From a virus, in the UHGV virus genome UHGV-0341486: a stretch of 34,556 bases of DNA; one strand, 5' to 3'. The notes beneath the pieces are model-generated. The model did no database searches and was not told the origin of the DNA. It saw only the letters and a program-made list of their open reading frames with translations. Below, one piece after another: positions 1 to 7,576 of this stretch. Made by a program: the position numbers and the translations under genes. The first letter of the stretch is position 1; each line of letters starts with the position of its first letter.

Positions 1-98
1 ATTCGTCACCGATGTTTGCGCCAGGGGCGATACCGATACCACCAACCTGCGCTGCCAGGGCGTCAGAAATGTAGTCACCGTTCAGGTTCATACAGGCG
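1..98 (-). pseudogene. icd: Internal icd fragment in inverted orientation (minus strand encodes ...[34 protein letters not shown], the isocitrate/isopropylmalate dehydrogenase signature)
   Basis: Minus-strand translation of positions 1-104 gives the IDH signature motif; the orientation is opposite to the icd 3' end that follows at 104-175. Confidence 0.7.
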
Positions 99-103
99 AT
101 ATC

Positions 104-175
104 GAACGTCTGATGGAAGGCGCTAAACTGCTGAAATGTTCAGAGTTTGGTGACGCGATCATCAAGAATATGTAA
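104..175 (+). CDS. icd: 3'-terminal coding segment of icd (…[23 protein letters not shown], stop TAA at 173-175), probably the prophage-supplied replacement 3' end
   Basis: Plus-frame translation matches the Icd C-terminus; a terminator follows; not in the ORF track because there is no start codon in the window. Confidence 0.8.
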
Positions 176-198
176 TCACTACATGTGTTAAATATTGA

Positions 199-227
199 AA
201 CGGGCGTATAACACGCCCGTTGTTTTA
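199..227 (+). terminator. Rho-independent terminator after icd (9-bp stem AACGGGCGT / ACGCCCGTT, loop ATAAC, then GTTTTA)
   Basis: Perfect inverted repeat followed by a T-rich run immediately after the icd stop. Confidence 0.7.
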
Positions 228-242
228 TGATGATGTAAAATC

Positions 243-278
243 TTCCCCAAAACTTTCCCCAAAACCCTTCCCCAAAAC
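243..278 (+). repeat. Three tandem 11-bp direct repeats TTCCCCAAAAC (243-253, 255-265, 268-278); candidate arm-type integrase binding sites
   Basis: Exact triple repeat between the icd 3' end and the int stop codon, the position where lambda carries its P' arm sites. Confidence 0.55.
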
Positions 279-288
279 TGGCTATTTT

Positions 289-1431
289 CTATGCTGTTTT
301 GATATCTACGATAATCCAGTCTTTACCACGATCATCATTGTATCGGTCGGTCATTTTTCTGGATTTATGGCCTAACAACTTTTGCGTATCCAGACCCTGT
401 TCCCGATATAACCGTTCTGACAGAGATCGCTGCTCATGAAATGTGGGCGCAGTTCCTTGCTCCCATTTTATGCCACATTTTTCCCGGGCCTTTTTAAAAG
501 CCGTTGTCAGAGTATTTGCAGAAACCTGGTCTCCTCTGTTTGCTTGAGAGGTAGTGTGACGGTAATGGACCAGATATTTACTAACAACAGCATCCCTGCA
601 CTGAGATATAACTTCACGAAGGGTAATATTCAGAGCATCGCATTTCAGGTTAAGCGGAATAGCAAGTTTTGAACCGGTTTTTTCCTGAGTAATGTGCAAC
701 ATGTCGTCCCATATATCAGAGAATTTCAAATTGCAGATATCGCCTAAACGTTGTCCAGTAACAAGAGCAAGTAGCATGCCGCATTTTAAATAGGGCTGCC
801 GTCTGCTTACGCTGTCAAATATTGCCTGCCATTCGGGCAGTGACAATCTTTGGCGGTTTACTCGATTTCGCGGTTGTTTTGTTGCCTGCGCTGGGTTAAA
901 TCCTGGCGGAACATGTCCTGCGTGTTGTGCTTCTTTGAAGACGTCGATCAACACCATTCTCACGACTTGCGCCATCCTGTTATGACCTTCAGCCTTTACA
1001 GCATCAATTATTTCGGCAATATCAAGTGCGGTAATATCCTTGAGGTGTTGCATTCCACAATGCTCACGGAAAAGACGAATGGGTTTGCCTTTTTGCCGAT
1101 AGGAGTTGGGTCTTAGTTCATTATGTTGCAGCCTGTCCTCTTGGATAGAAATATATTTATCAAGCCATTCTGTCACCGTAATGTCTGAGCGCCTGCCTTT
1201 CATTCTTTCCAGACGCTCATTGACGCTTAATATTTGTCTGGTACGTTGTTCAGCAATAATGGTATTTGCTTCAGTAGCAACTTGTTTTGCTTCATTCTCA
1301 TCAGTTCCTAAGCTATGAAAACGACCGGATAGTGGATGTTTGTATTGCCAATATACCTTTCCGGTTCGCTTATCTAATTTGCAATATAAATTGGGTATAG
1401 AGATTTTGTGAGATCGGGGTCTAGCAGCCAT
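289..1431 (-). CDS. int: Phage integrase, tyrosine recombinase (380 aa)
   Basis: ORF with C-terminal catalytic region (…HKSRKMTDRY…); adjacent to the attachment region; 11-nt overlap with the upstream xis ORF. Confidence 0.92.
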   Translation of the reverse strand: MAARPRSHKISIPNLYCKLDKRTGKVYWQYKHPLSGRFHSLGTDENEAKQVATEANTIIAEQRTRQILSVNERLERMKGRRSDITVTEWLDKYISIQEDRLQHNELRPNSYRQKGKPIRLFREHCGMQHLKDITALDIAEIIDAVKAEGHNRMAQVVRMVLIDVFKEAQHAGHVPPGFNPAQATKQPRNRVNRQRLSLPEWQAIFDSVSRRQPYLKCGMLLALVTGQRLGDICNLKFSDIWDDMLHITQEKTGSKLAIPLNLKCDALNITLREVISQCRDAVVSKYLVHYRHTTSQANRGDQVSANTLTTAFKKAREKCGIKWEQGTAPTFHEQRSLSERLYREQGLDTQKLLGHKSRKMTDRYNDDRGKDWIIVDIKTA

Positions 1432-1657
1432 CAGCGATTATCCTTTGGAGTTTTGGGTTTGCGTTTATTGGGAGTTGCGGTTCTGCAAGCGTTCCTACAA
1501 AACGGGAATTTCGGTCAATCATCCAGTAGCGACCAACTTTTATAGCGGGTGGGGCCATCATTTTCCCTTGCGCGTATTTTTTCAGAACTCGCTCACTTGG
1601 TGCTAAGTCCCCAAATTCTTCTTTAGCCCAGTCCTGTAAAGTGATTAGTCGAGACAT
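1421..1657 (-). CDS. xis: Excisionase-like DNA-binding protein (78 aa)
   Basis: Small ORF immediately upstream of and overlapping int; size and position typical of Xis. Confidence 0.7.
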   Translation of the reverse strand: MSRLITLQDWAKEEFGDLAPSERVLKKYAQGKMMAPPAIKVGRYWMIDRNSRFVGTLAEPQLPINANPKLQRIIADGC

Positions 1658-1796
1658 TTGTCCTCCTCTTAGCTGCTGAGGGAGTTTGTGACCGATATAT
1701 CTGACATGATATTAAGCTCATGGCAGGTACATCTCTTGACTGGTCATAGAGATAAATTTAATGCTGAGAAATGCAGTATTGAATTTATCAATTTTT

Positions 1797-2036
1797 CTAT
1801 TTCCTGCGCATGTCACGTAACTTCTTAATGTGTTCTGCCGTTTCGATCTCTTCTGCTATCCGATCTGCATCAGCTTTATTCACAGGTTCAAAGTCATGAT
1901 TAAAGCGGAACATGCTGGCGATACATGTTCTGCCTTTTCGGATGTAGTGAACTTTGTTGTGGGTAGAACGCAGGATTTTGCAGGGAGTGCCGTGGTGGTC
2001 GACGTACCAGGTGTTAGGGTCAATCACTCTGAACAT
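1797..2036 (-). CDS. Hypothetical early-left protein (79 aa)
   Basis: ORF in the leftward early operon; no motif recognised. Confidence 0.45.
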   Translation of the reverse strand: MFRVIDPNTWYVDHHGTPCKILRSTHNKVHYIRKGRTCIASMFRFNHDFEPVNKADADRIAEEIETAEHIKKLRDMRRK

Positions 2037-2346
2037 TCTTGACCTTGTGTTGTGCGGATTGATATTCAGTGCTGATATTCACCTTTATAGCGAACACCTT
2101 TACCGGTTTATCGCCAAAGTGCGGATGTGTGATTGTCTTCACTTCATATCCGTCATACGGAACATCAATTCTGCGACTGGAATCGTCGCGCTTCGGATAT
2201 CCCTTTGTGATAATCAGGCGGTCATATTCCCGGAACATAATTCGCTTATTCCAGTAGTCATTACACAAGCGATACTCTTCCGTTTTCTCTCCGCGAATCA
2301 TGGCATCGAAGTATTCACTTTTAACAGCAAGTTGCAGGTTAGCCAT
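2020..2346 (-). CDS. Hypothetical protein with ASCH/PUA-like signature (…LAVKSEYFDAMIRGEKTEEYR…); start probably the second ATG
   Basis: N-terminal motif resembles ASCH/DUF3850-type domains; overlaps neighbouring ORFs as in compact phage operons. Confidence 0.45.
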   Translation of the reverse strand: MANLQLAVKSEYFDAMIRGEKTEEYRLCNDYWNKRIMFREYDRLIITKGYPKRDDSSRRIDVPYDGYEVKTITHPHFGDKPVKVFAIKVNISTEYQSAQHKVKNVQSD

Positions 2347-2567
2347 CACTTAATCCCCCTTTGTTTGCGGATAAGCTCCAGATCTTGCTGGCAACTGGCG
2401 CAAGTCCGACAACCCTGAACGGCCAGGCGTCTTCGTTCATCTATCGGATCGCCACACTCACAACAATGAGTGGCAGATACAGCCAGGTAGTTCAGGCGGC
2501 GCATTTTTATTGCTGTGTTGCGCTGTAATTCTTCTATTTCTGATGCTGAATCAATGATGTCTGCCAT
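2346..2567 (-). CDS. TraR/DksA-family C4 zinc-finger protein (73 aa; size and motif match lambda Orf73)
   Basis: CxxC…CxxC motif (…CCECGDPIDERRRLAVQGCRTCASCQ…) typical of TraR/DksA zinc fingers. Confidence 0.7.
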   Translation of the reverse strand: MADIIDSASEIEELQRNTAIKMRRLNYLAVSATHCCECGDPIDERRRLAVQGCRTCASCQQDLELIRKQRGIK

Positions 2568-2665
2568 CTTTCATTAATCCCTGAACTGTTGGTTAATACG
2601 CTTGAGGGTGAATGCGAACAATAAAAAAGGAGCCTGTAGCTCCCTGATAATTTTGCTTTTCATGT

Positions 2666-2947
2666 TCATCGTTCCTTAAAGACGCCGTTTAACATGCCGA
2701 TTGCCAGGCTTAAATGAGTCGGTGTGAATCCCTTCAGCGTTACCGTTTCGCGGTGCTTCTTCAGTACGCTACGGCAAATGTCATTGACGTTTTTATCCGG
2801 AAACTGCTGTCTGACTTTTTTGATTTCAGAATTAGCCTGACGGGCAATGCTGCGAAGGGCATTTTCTTGCTGAGGTGTCACTGAACAAGCCCCATGTCGG
2901 CAAGCATAAGCACACAGAATATGAAGCCCGCTGCCAGAAAAATGCAT
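2666..2947 (-). CDS. Hypothetical early-left protein (93 aa; possibly lambda orf61-like)
   Basis: ORF in operon context; start uncertain. Confidence 0.4.
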   Translation of the reverse strand: MHFSGSGLHILCAYACRHGACSVTPQQENALRSIARQANSEIKKVRQQFPDKNVNDICRSVLKKHRETVTLKGFTPTHLSLAIGMLNGVFKER

Positions 2948-2957
2948 TCAGTGGTTG

Positions 2958-3149
2958 TCATACCTGGTCTCTCTCATCTGCTTCTGCTTTCGCCACCATC
3001 ATTTCCAGCTTTTGTGAAAGGGATGTGGCTAACGTATGAAATTCTTCGTCTGTTTCTGCTGGTATTGGCACAAACCTGACTCCAATTTGAGCAAGGCTAT
3101 GTGCCAAATCAATACTCGTTCTTAACTCAACAGGAGATGCTTTGTGCAT
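2958..3149 (-). CDS. Hypothetical early-left protein (63 aa; lambda orf63-like)
   Basis: Size and position upstream of exo match lambda orf63; recalled similarity only. Confidence 0.5.
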   Translation of the reverse strand: MHKASPVELRTSIDLAHSLAQIGVRFVPIPAETDEEFHTLATSLSQKLEMMVAKAEADERDQV

Positions 3150-3310
3150 ACCGCCCCCCGTTTATTATTTATCTCCTCAGCCAGCCGCTGGGCTTTCAGC
3201 GGATTTCGGATAACAGAAAGACCGTGAAATACCCAGCCTCGCTTTGTAACGGAGTAGACGAAAGTGATCGCGCCTACCCGGATATTATCGTGAGGATGGG
3301 TCATCGCCAT
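3122..3310 (-). CDS. Hypothetical early-left protein (62 aa; lambda orf60a-like)
   Basis: Size and position immediately upstream of exo; overlaps both neighbours. Confidence 0.5.
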   Translation of the reverse strand: MAMTHPHDNIRVGAITFVYSVTKRGWVFHGLSVIRNPLKAQRLAEEINNKRGAVCTKHLLLS

Positions 3311-3981
3311 TGCTCTCCAAATACAAAACCAATTTCAGCCAGTGCTTCGTCCATTTTTTCGATGAACTCCGGCACCATCTCGTCAAAACTCGCCATGTAC
3401 TTTTCATCCCGCTCAACCACGACATAATGCAGGCCTTCACGCTTCATTCGTGGGTCATAGTTGGCAAAGTACCAGGCATCTTTTCGTGTCACCCACATGC
3501 TGTACTGCACCTGGGCCATGTAAGCCGACTTTATGGCCTCGAAACCACCGAGCCGGAACTTCATGAAATCCCGGGAGGTAAACGGGCATTTCAGCTCAAG
3601 GCCATTGCCGTCACTGCATAAACCATCGGGAGAGCAGGCGGTGCGCATACTTTCGTCGCGATAGATGATCGGGGATTCAGTAACATTCACGCCGGAAGTG
3701 AATTCAAACAGGGTTCTGGCGTCGTTCTCGTACTGTTTTCCCCACGCCAGCGCCTTAGCATTAACTTCCGGAGCCACACCGGTGCAAACCTCAGCCAGCA
3801 GGGTGTGGAAGTAGGACATTTTCATGTCAGGCCACTTCTTTCCTGAGCGGGGCTTTGCTATCACGTTGTGAACTTCTGAAGCGGTGATGACGCCGAGCCG
3901 TAATTTGTGCCATGCATCATCCCCCTGTTCGACAGCTCTCACGTCGATCCCGGTACGCTGCAGGATAATGTCCGGTGTCAT
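3301..3981 (-). CDS. exo: Lambda exonuclease (Red alpha), 226 aa
   Basis: Near-identical to recalled lambda Exo ([50 protein letters not shown]…). Confidence 0.95.
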   Translation of the reverse strand: MTPDIILQRTGIDVRAVEQGDDAWHKLRLGVITASEVHNVIAKPRSGKKWPDMKMSYFHTLLAEVCTGVAPEVNAKALAWGKQYENDARTLFEFTSGVNVTESPIIYRDESMRTACSPDGLCSDGNGLELKCPFTSRDFMKFRLGGFEAIKSAYMAQVQYSMWVTRKDAWYFANYDPRMKREGLHYVVVERDEKYMASFDEMVPEFIEKMDEALAEIGFVFGEQWR

Positions 3982-4763
3982 GCTGCCACCTTCTGCTCAG
4001 TGGCTTTCTGTTTCAGGAATCCAAGAGCTTTCACTGCTTCGGCCTGTGTCAGTTCTGACGATGCGCGAATGTCGCGGCGAAATATCTGGGAACAGAGCGG
4101 CAATAAGTCGTCATCCCATGTTTTGTCCAGGGCAATCAGCAGAGTGTTAATCTCCTGCATGGTTTCATCGTTAACCGGAGTGATGTCGCGTTCCGGCTGA
4201 CGTTCCGCAGTGTATGCAGTATTTTCGACAATGCGCTCGGCTTCATCCTTGTCATAGATACCAGCAAATCCGAAGGCCAGACGGGCACACTGAATCATGG
4301 CTTTATGCCGTAACATCCGTTTGGGATGCGACTGCCACGGCCCCGTGATTTCTCTGCCTTCGCGAGTTTTGAATGGTTCGCGGCGGCATTCATCCATCCA
4401 TTCGGTAACGCAGATCGGATGATTGCGGTCTTTGCGGTAAATCCGGCACGTACATGATTCATTGTCCTGCTCAAAGTCCATGCCATCAAACTGCTGGTTT
4501 TCATTGATGATGCGGGACCAGCCATCAACGCCCACCACCGGAACGATGCCGTTCTGCTTATCAGGGAAGGCGTAAATTTCTTTCGTCCACGGATTAAGGC
4601 CGTACTGGTTGGCGACGATCAGCAATGCGATGAACTGCGCATCGCTGGCATCACCTTTAAATGCCGTCTGACGAAGAGTGGTGATCAGTTCCTGTGGGTC
4701 GACAGAATCCATGCCGACACGTTCAGCCAGCTTCCCAGCCAGCGTTGCGAGTGCTGTACTCAT
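3978..4763 (-). CDS. bet: Recombination protein Bet (Red beta), 261 aa
   Basis: Near-identical to recalled lambda Bet; start overlaps the exo stop region (ATGA-type coupling). Confidence 0.95.
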   Translation of the reverse strand: MSTALATLAGKLAERVGMDSVDPQELITTLRQTAFKGDASDAQFIALLIVANQYGLNPWTKEIYAFPDKQNGIVPVVGVDGWSRIINENQQFDGMDFEQDNESCTCRIYRKDRNHPICVTEWMDECRREPFKTREGREITGPWQSHPKRMLRHKAMIQCARLAFGFAGIYDKDEAERIVENTAYTAERQPERDITPVNDETMQEINTLLIALDKTWDDDLLPLCSQIFRRDIRASSELTQAEAVKALGFLKQKATEQKVAA

Positions 4764-4768
4764 CCGTT

Positions 4769-5065
4769 TTATACCTCTGAATCAATATCAACATGGTGGT
4801 GAGCAATGGTTTCAACCATGTACCGGATGTGTTCTGCCATGCGCTCCTGAAACTCAACATCGTCATCAAACGCACGGGTAATGGCTTTTTTGCTGGCCCC
4901 GCAGCGTTGCAAATGATCGATGCAGAGTGATTCAAACAGGTGCTGTGGAAGACCTTTTTCCATGTCGTCTGCCAGTTCTGCCTCTTTCTCTTCACGGGCG
5001 ATCTGCTGGTAGTGACGCGCCCAGCTTTGAGCCTCAAGACGATCCTGAATGTAATAAGCGTTCAT
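4769..5065 (-). CDS. gam: Host-nuclease (RecBCD) inhibitor Gam, short 98-aa form
   Basis: [21 protein letters not shown]… matches lambda Gam from its internal start; AGGAG ribosome-binding site upstream. Confidence 0.92.
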   Translation of the reverse strand: MNAYYIQDRLEAQSWARHYQQIAREEKEAELADDMEKGLPQHLFESLCIDHLQRCGASKKAITRAFDDDVEFQERMAEHIRYMVETIAHHHVDIDSEV

Positions 5066-5140
5066 GGCTGAACTCCTGAAAATGGCTGTGAAAATATCGC
5101 CTGCGAAATGCCGGGCTGATTAGGTAAACAGGAAAGGGGA

Positions 5141-5431
5141 TTAGTGATTCAGGCCGTTGCCGCGTCCGTCGAGAAAAACTTCCACGAGCAAATCACGGGT
5201 ATAAGTGCGCTCGATGCCGCGATGCAGATAAAGCCGTCCGCGTAAATTAGCTGATGCAGTCCAGGTACCATCTTTGTGTTTGACCAGCATTCCTGGCATG
5301 ACCGCACCGCGATTAACGGTCTGCGTTCCGTAATGTTGATGAACCATAAAAACTCCTGCCCGTAAGCTGGGCTGCTGAACATATAGAGACTTCTGCGCGT
5401 ATTCAGGCGGTGGATGGCCGCCGGTTGTCAT
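5141..5431 (-). CDS. Hypothetical protein (96 aa) in the position of lambda kil/cIII
   Basis: First ORF downstream of the leftward promoter; GAGG ribosome-binding site; no recognisable motif. Confidence 0.5.
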   Translation of the reverse strand: MTTGGHPPPEYAQKSLYVQQPSLRAGVFMVHQHYGTQTVNRGAVMPGMLVKHKDGTWTASANLRGRLYLHRGIERTYTRDLLVEVFLDGRGNGLNH

Positions 5432-5619
5432 AACTAAGCCGCCTCGTTGAAGCGACTAAGGTATGAAATGTTGAGTTAATTTCAGCTGGTCACACCGACG
5501 TTCACGCGTCCGTTTCACCCCTCGCACTCCCCGAAGCCTGCTGAAATTCAAACTGCGGATCTAAGCGGTCATCGCAACGGTGAATCAGGTAGTTGCCGTA
5601 TCGTTGTGTTGTTGCGATG

Positions 5620-5700
5620 AACTTATTTAAAACTATAGTTGTTTTATCGTCAACAACAAAAGTTGTTTTATTGGTTGTTTTAGATATAACTGGTTGTATT
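5620..5700 (-). promoter_or_regulatory. Leftward early promoter/operator region (PL/OL-like): -35 TTGACG (about 5648-5653), -10 about 5625-5630, several GTTGTT/AACAAC half-sites
   Basis: Minus strand reads GTTGTTGACGATAAAACAACTATAGTTTTAAATAAG, closely parallel to the rightward element GTTGTTGACTAAAAACAACCATAGTTTTAATCTTG at 6678-6712. Confidence 0.55.
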
Positions 5701-5789
5701 TAGGATGGATTTATTTTGTGACTTGAATCGCATAGCGATAACTGAAGCGAGGTTATGGTGGTTTTTTTAACGGTGTGTGTGATGAGGGG

Positions 5790-5821
5790 AGGGCAAAAGA
5801 AAACCCGGCACGGTGACCGGG
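5790..5821 (-). terminator. Rho-independent terminator downstream of the repressor gene (stem CCCGG/CCGGG, then TTTTCTTTTG on the minus strand)
   Basis: GC stem-loop followed by a T-rich tract on the minus strand, about 120 nt past the cI stop. Confidence 0.55.
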
Positions 5822-5942
5822 ATTCTTACGCCGTTAGGTAAAGATATTATTGCGGTGGCTTAATATTACTACCTAGAGCAAAGATAGGAATTAGTTCTTT
5901 ACTGAATGAGCACAATGCCCAGTTGATAATTTTTAATTGGTA

Positions 5943-6632
5943 CTACCCATGCTTCCTATATGTCTGCGGCATGCTCCCAATAACCTTACCGAAGATGAAC
6001 ACCCGGTTCATCTCGTCTTTCTCGATCGGGTCCCACGGTGAGTAGCTTTTGTTATCAGAGATGACCAGCAGCTTATCCTTCATCATTTGCAGGCGCTTTA
6101 CATGGGCTGTGTCGTCGTACAGAAACGCATAGATACCATCACCGTCGAAAGATTTAACTGTGATATCAACGAACAGCAGATCACCTGGTTCGATCGTTCC
6201 TGACATGCTGTCACCACGCACGTTAATGATGCGGATATTTTCCGCCTTCCTACCATCGAACATGTGACGAGCATCGTCAAACGAGTACTCAACCGAGCGT
6301 AGAACTTCTACAAACTCACGGTTGATGACTCCCGGCCCAGCACTGACTTCTATATCAAGAACGTCAATCTTGAAGTATTTGGAATGGCTGACAGTTGATT
6401 GTATTGGTTGCACTGTACTGTCTGACATATTTCCAACGCCAGAAGATAACCATTCTGCGCGCACACCCAAAGCGTTCGCGATCTCCACGATTTTAGTTGT
6501 TTGATTAGCTTTCCCTGTTTCGATTTTCTGAATAGCAGCCTGGCTAACCCCGACCAAATCCCCAAGCGCCTTTTGTGTAAGGCCTCGCGCTAATCTGGCT
6601 TCTTTAAGTCTTTCTGAGAGTGTTGTTTTCAT
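5943..6632 (-). CDS. cI: Prophage repressor, CI-like: N-terminal XRE helix-turn-helix plus C-terminal S24 (LexA-like) autopeptidase domain; probable start MKTTLSERLKE, 229 aa
   Basis: HTH motif (…LTQKALGDLVGVSQAAIQKIETGK…), Ala-Gly cleavage site (VSAGPG), Ser (GDSMSG) and Lys (VKRL) catalytic dyad; divergent from the cro-like gene across an operator region. Confidence 0.88.
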   Translation of the reverse strand: MKTTLSERLKEARLARGLTQKALGDLVGVSQAAIQKIETGKANQTTKIVEIANALGVRAEWLSSGVGNMSDSTVQPIQSTVSHSKYFKIDVLDIEVSAGPGVINREFVEVLRSVEYSFDDARHMFDGRKAENIRIINVRGDSMSGTIEPGDLLFVDITVKSFDGDGIYAFLYDDTAHVKRLQMMKDKLLVISDNKSYSPWDPIEKDEMNRVFIFGKVIGSMPQTYRKHG

Positions 6633-6639
6633 AGTCCAA

Positions 6640-6736
6640 ATGTACAACCAAGGTTTTATTCCATCAAACGAAAATGGTTGTTGACTAAAAACAACCATAG
6701 TTTTAATCTTGATTCAAATTAACCACGGAGGTTGTT
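6640..6736 (+). promoter_or_regulatory. Rightward operator/promoter region (OR/PR-like): perfect 25-bp palindrome ATGGTTGTT-GACTAAA-AACAACCAT (6674-6698) overlapping -35 TTGACT (6681-6686); further GGTTGTT half-sites at about 6645-6650 and 6730-6736
   Basis: Inverted repeat with 9-bp arms read directly from the sequence, in the divergent cI/cro intergenic region. Confidence 0.7.
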
Positions 6737-6967
6737 ATGAACCCAGCTATCAAAACAGCGATCAATATCGTTGGTTCACAAAAGAAACTGGGCGCTGCTT
6801 GCGAAGTTTCACAGCAGGCCGTCTATAAGTGGCTTCACAACAAAGCAAAGGTATCCCCTGAACATGTCGGCAGCATTGTTACGGCTACTGGTGGAGTAGT
6901 GAAGGCATACCAGATTCGCCCGGATCTTCCGAAGTTGTTTCCACACACCGAAAAGAACGCAGCTTAA
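6737..6967 (+). CDS. cro: Cro-like early regulator (76 aa), YdaS/DUF1019-type HTH
   Basis: Small HTH protein (…GSQKKLGAACEVSQQAVYKWL…) divergent from the repressor; GGAGG ribosome-binding site 6 nt upstream. Confidence 0.8.
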   Translation: MNPAIKTAINIVGSQKKLGAACEVSQQAVYKWLHNKAKVSPEHVGSIVTATGGVVKAYQIRPDLPKLFPHTEKNAA

Positions 6968-6979
6968 ATTTCCATTTCA

Positions 6980-6993
6980 CGCTCTTTAACAAT
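6980..6993 (+). promoter_or_regulatory. boxA-like antitermination element CGCTCTTTAACAAT
   Basis: Matches the boxA consensus (rrn boxA GCTCTTTAACAAT) just downstream of cro, where lambda has nutR. Confidence 0.5.
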
Positions 6994-7036
6994 AAGCAAT
7001 CAACTTAACAGTCAATTCAAACTAAAGGAGTCAATT

Positions 7037-7576
7037 ATGCAACCACTTACATACCAACAGACTAGCGGATTTAGCCCGACTGCGGTGATAAATCGTTCTC
7101 AAACAAAACAGGTGCCAGGCCACGAAAAAATCCGTGATGCCGTCCGCGCCTGGTCGGCTGTAGATAATCAGGATGTCGTTGCCACACTCATTGTGAATGA
7201 GTATCTGGAGCAGGGCGGCGGCACCATCGATTTCCCTGATGATGTCAGCCGTGCACGCCAGAAGCTGTTCCGCTTCCTCGATAACAAATTCGATTCTGAA
7301 AAATACCGAAATAACGTGCGTGAACTGACCCCGGCAATTCTGGCGGTACTACCGCTGGAATATCGCGGTTACCTGGTTGAGCAGGATAGCTTCATGGCTA
7401 GGTTGGCTGAAATGGAAAAGGAACTCAGTGAGGCAAAACAGGCTGTCATTCTCAACGCACCACGCCACCAGAAACTGAAGGAAATTAGTGAAGGTATTGT
7501 GTCGATGTTTCGTGTGGACCCAGATCTGGCTGGTCCATTGATGGCGATGGTTACTACCATGCTGGGGGCGATATGA
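7037..7576 (+). CDS. CII-position regulatory protein, YdaT-like (179 aa)
   Basis: Position between cro and O; motifs EYLEQGGG and PAILAVLP recalled from Rac YdaT-family proteins. Confidence 0.5.
   Translation: MQPLTYQQTSGFSPTAVINRSQTKQVPGHEKIRDAVRAWSAVDNQDVVATLIVNEYLEQGGGTIDFPDDVSRARQKLFRFLDNKFDSEKYRNNVRELTPAILAVLPLEYRGYLVEQDSFMARLAEMEKELSEAKQAVILNAPRHQKLKEISEGIVSMFRVDPDLAGPLMAMVTTMLGAI

Noticed and set aside
436-1318. Plus-strand ORFs 436-672, 850-1116 and 1106-1318 lying inside the integrase gene
   Set aside because: They are antisense to a well-supported int CDS, have no ribosome-binding sites or motifs, and are typical spurious frames.
5149-5382. Alternative-frame 77-aa ORF overlapping the 96-aa ORF on the same strand
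   Set aside because: It is nested within the longer ORF in another frame; only one can be real, and the longer one has a better start context. Both remain uncertain.
5432-5942. Search for an N antiterminator or cIII small ORF on either strand
   Set aside because: Only very short ORFs (about 21 aa or less) without ribosome-binding sites or Arg-rich motifs were found; none is convincing. The absence is reported as a finding instead.
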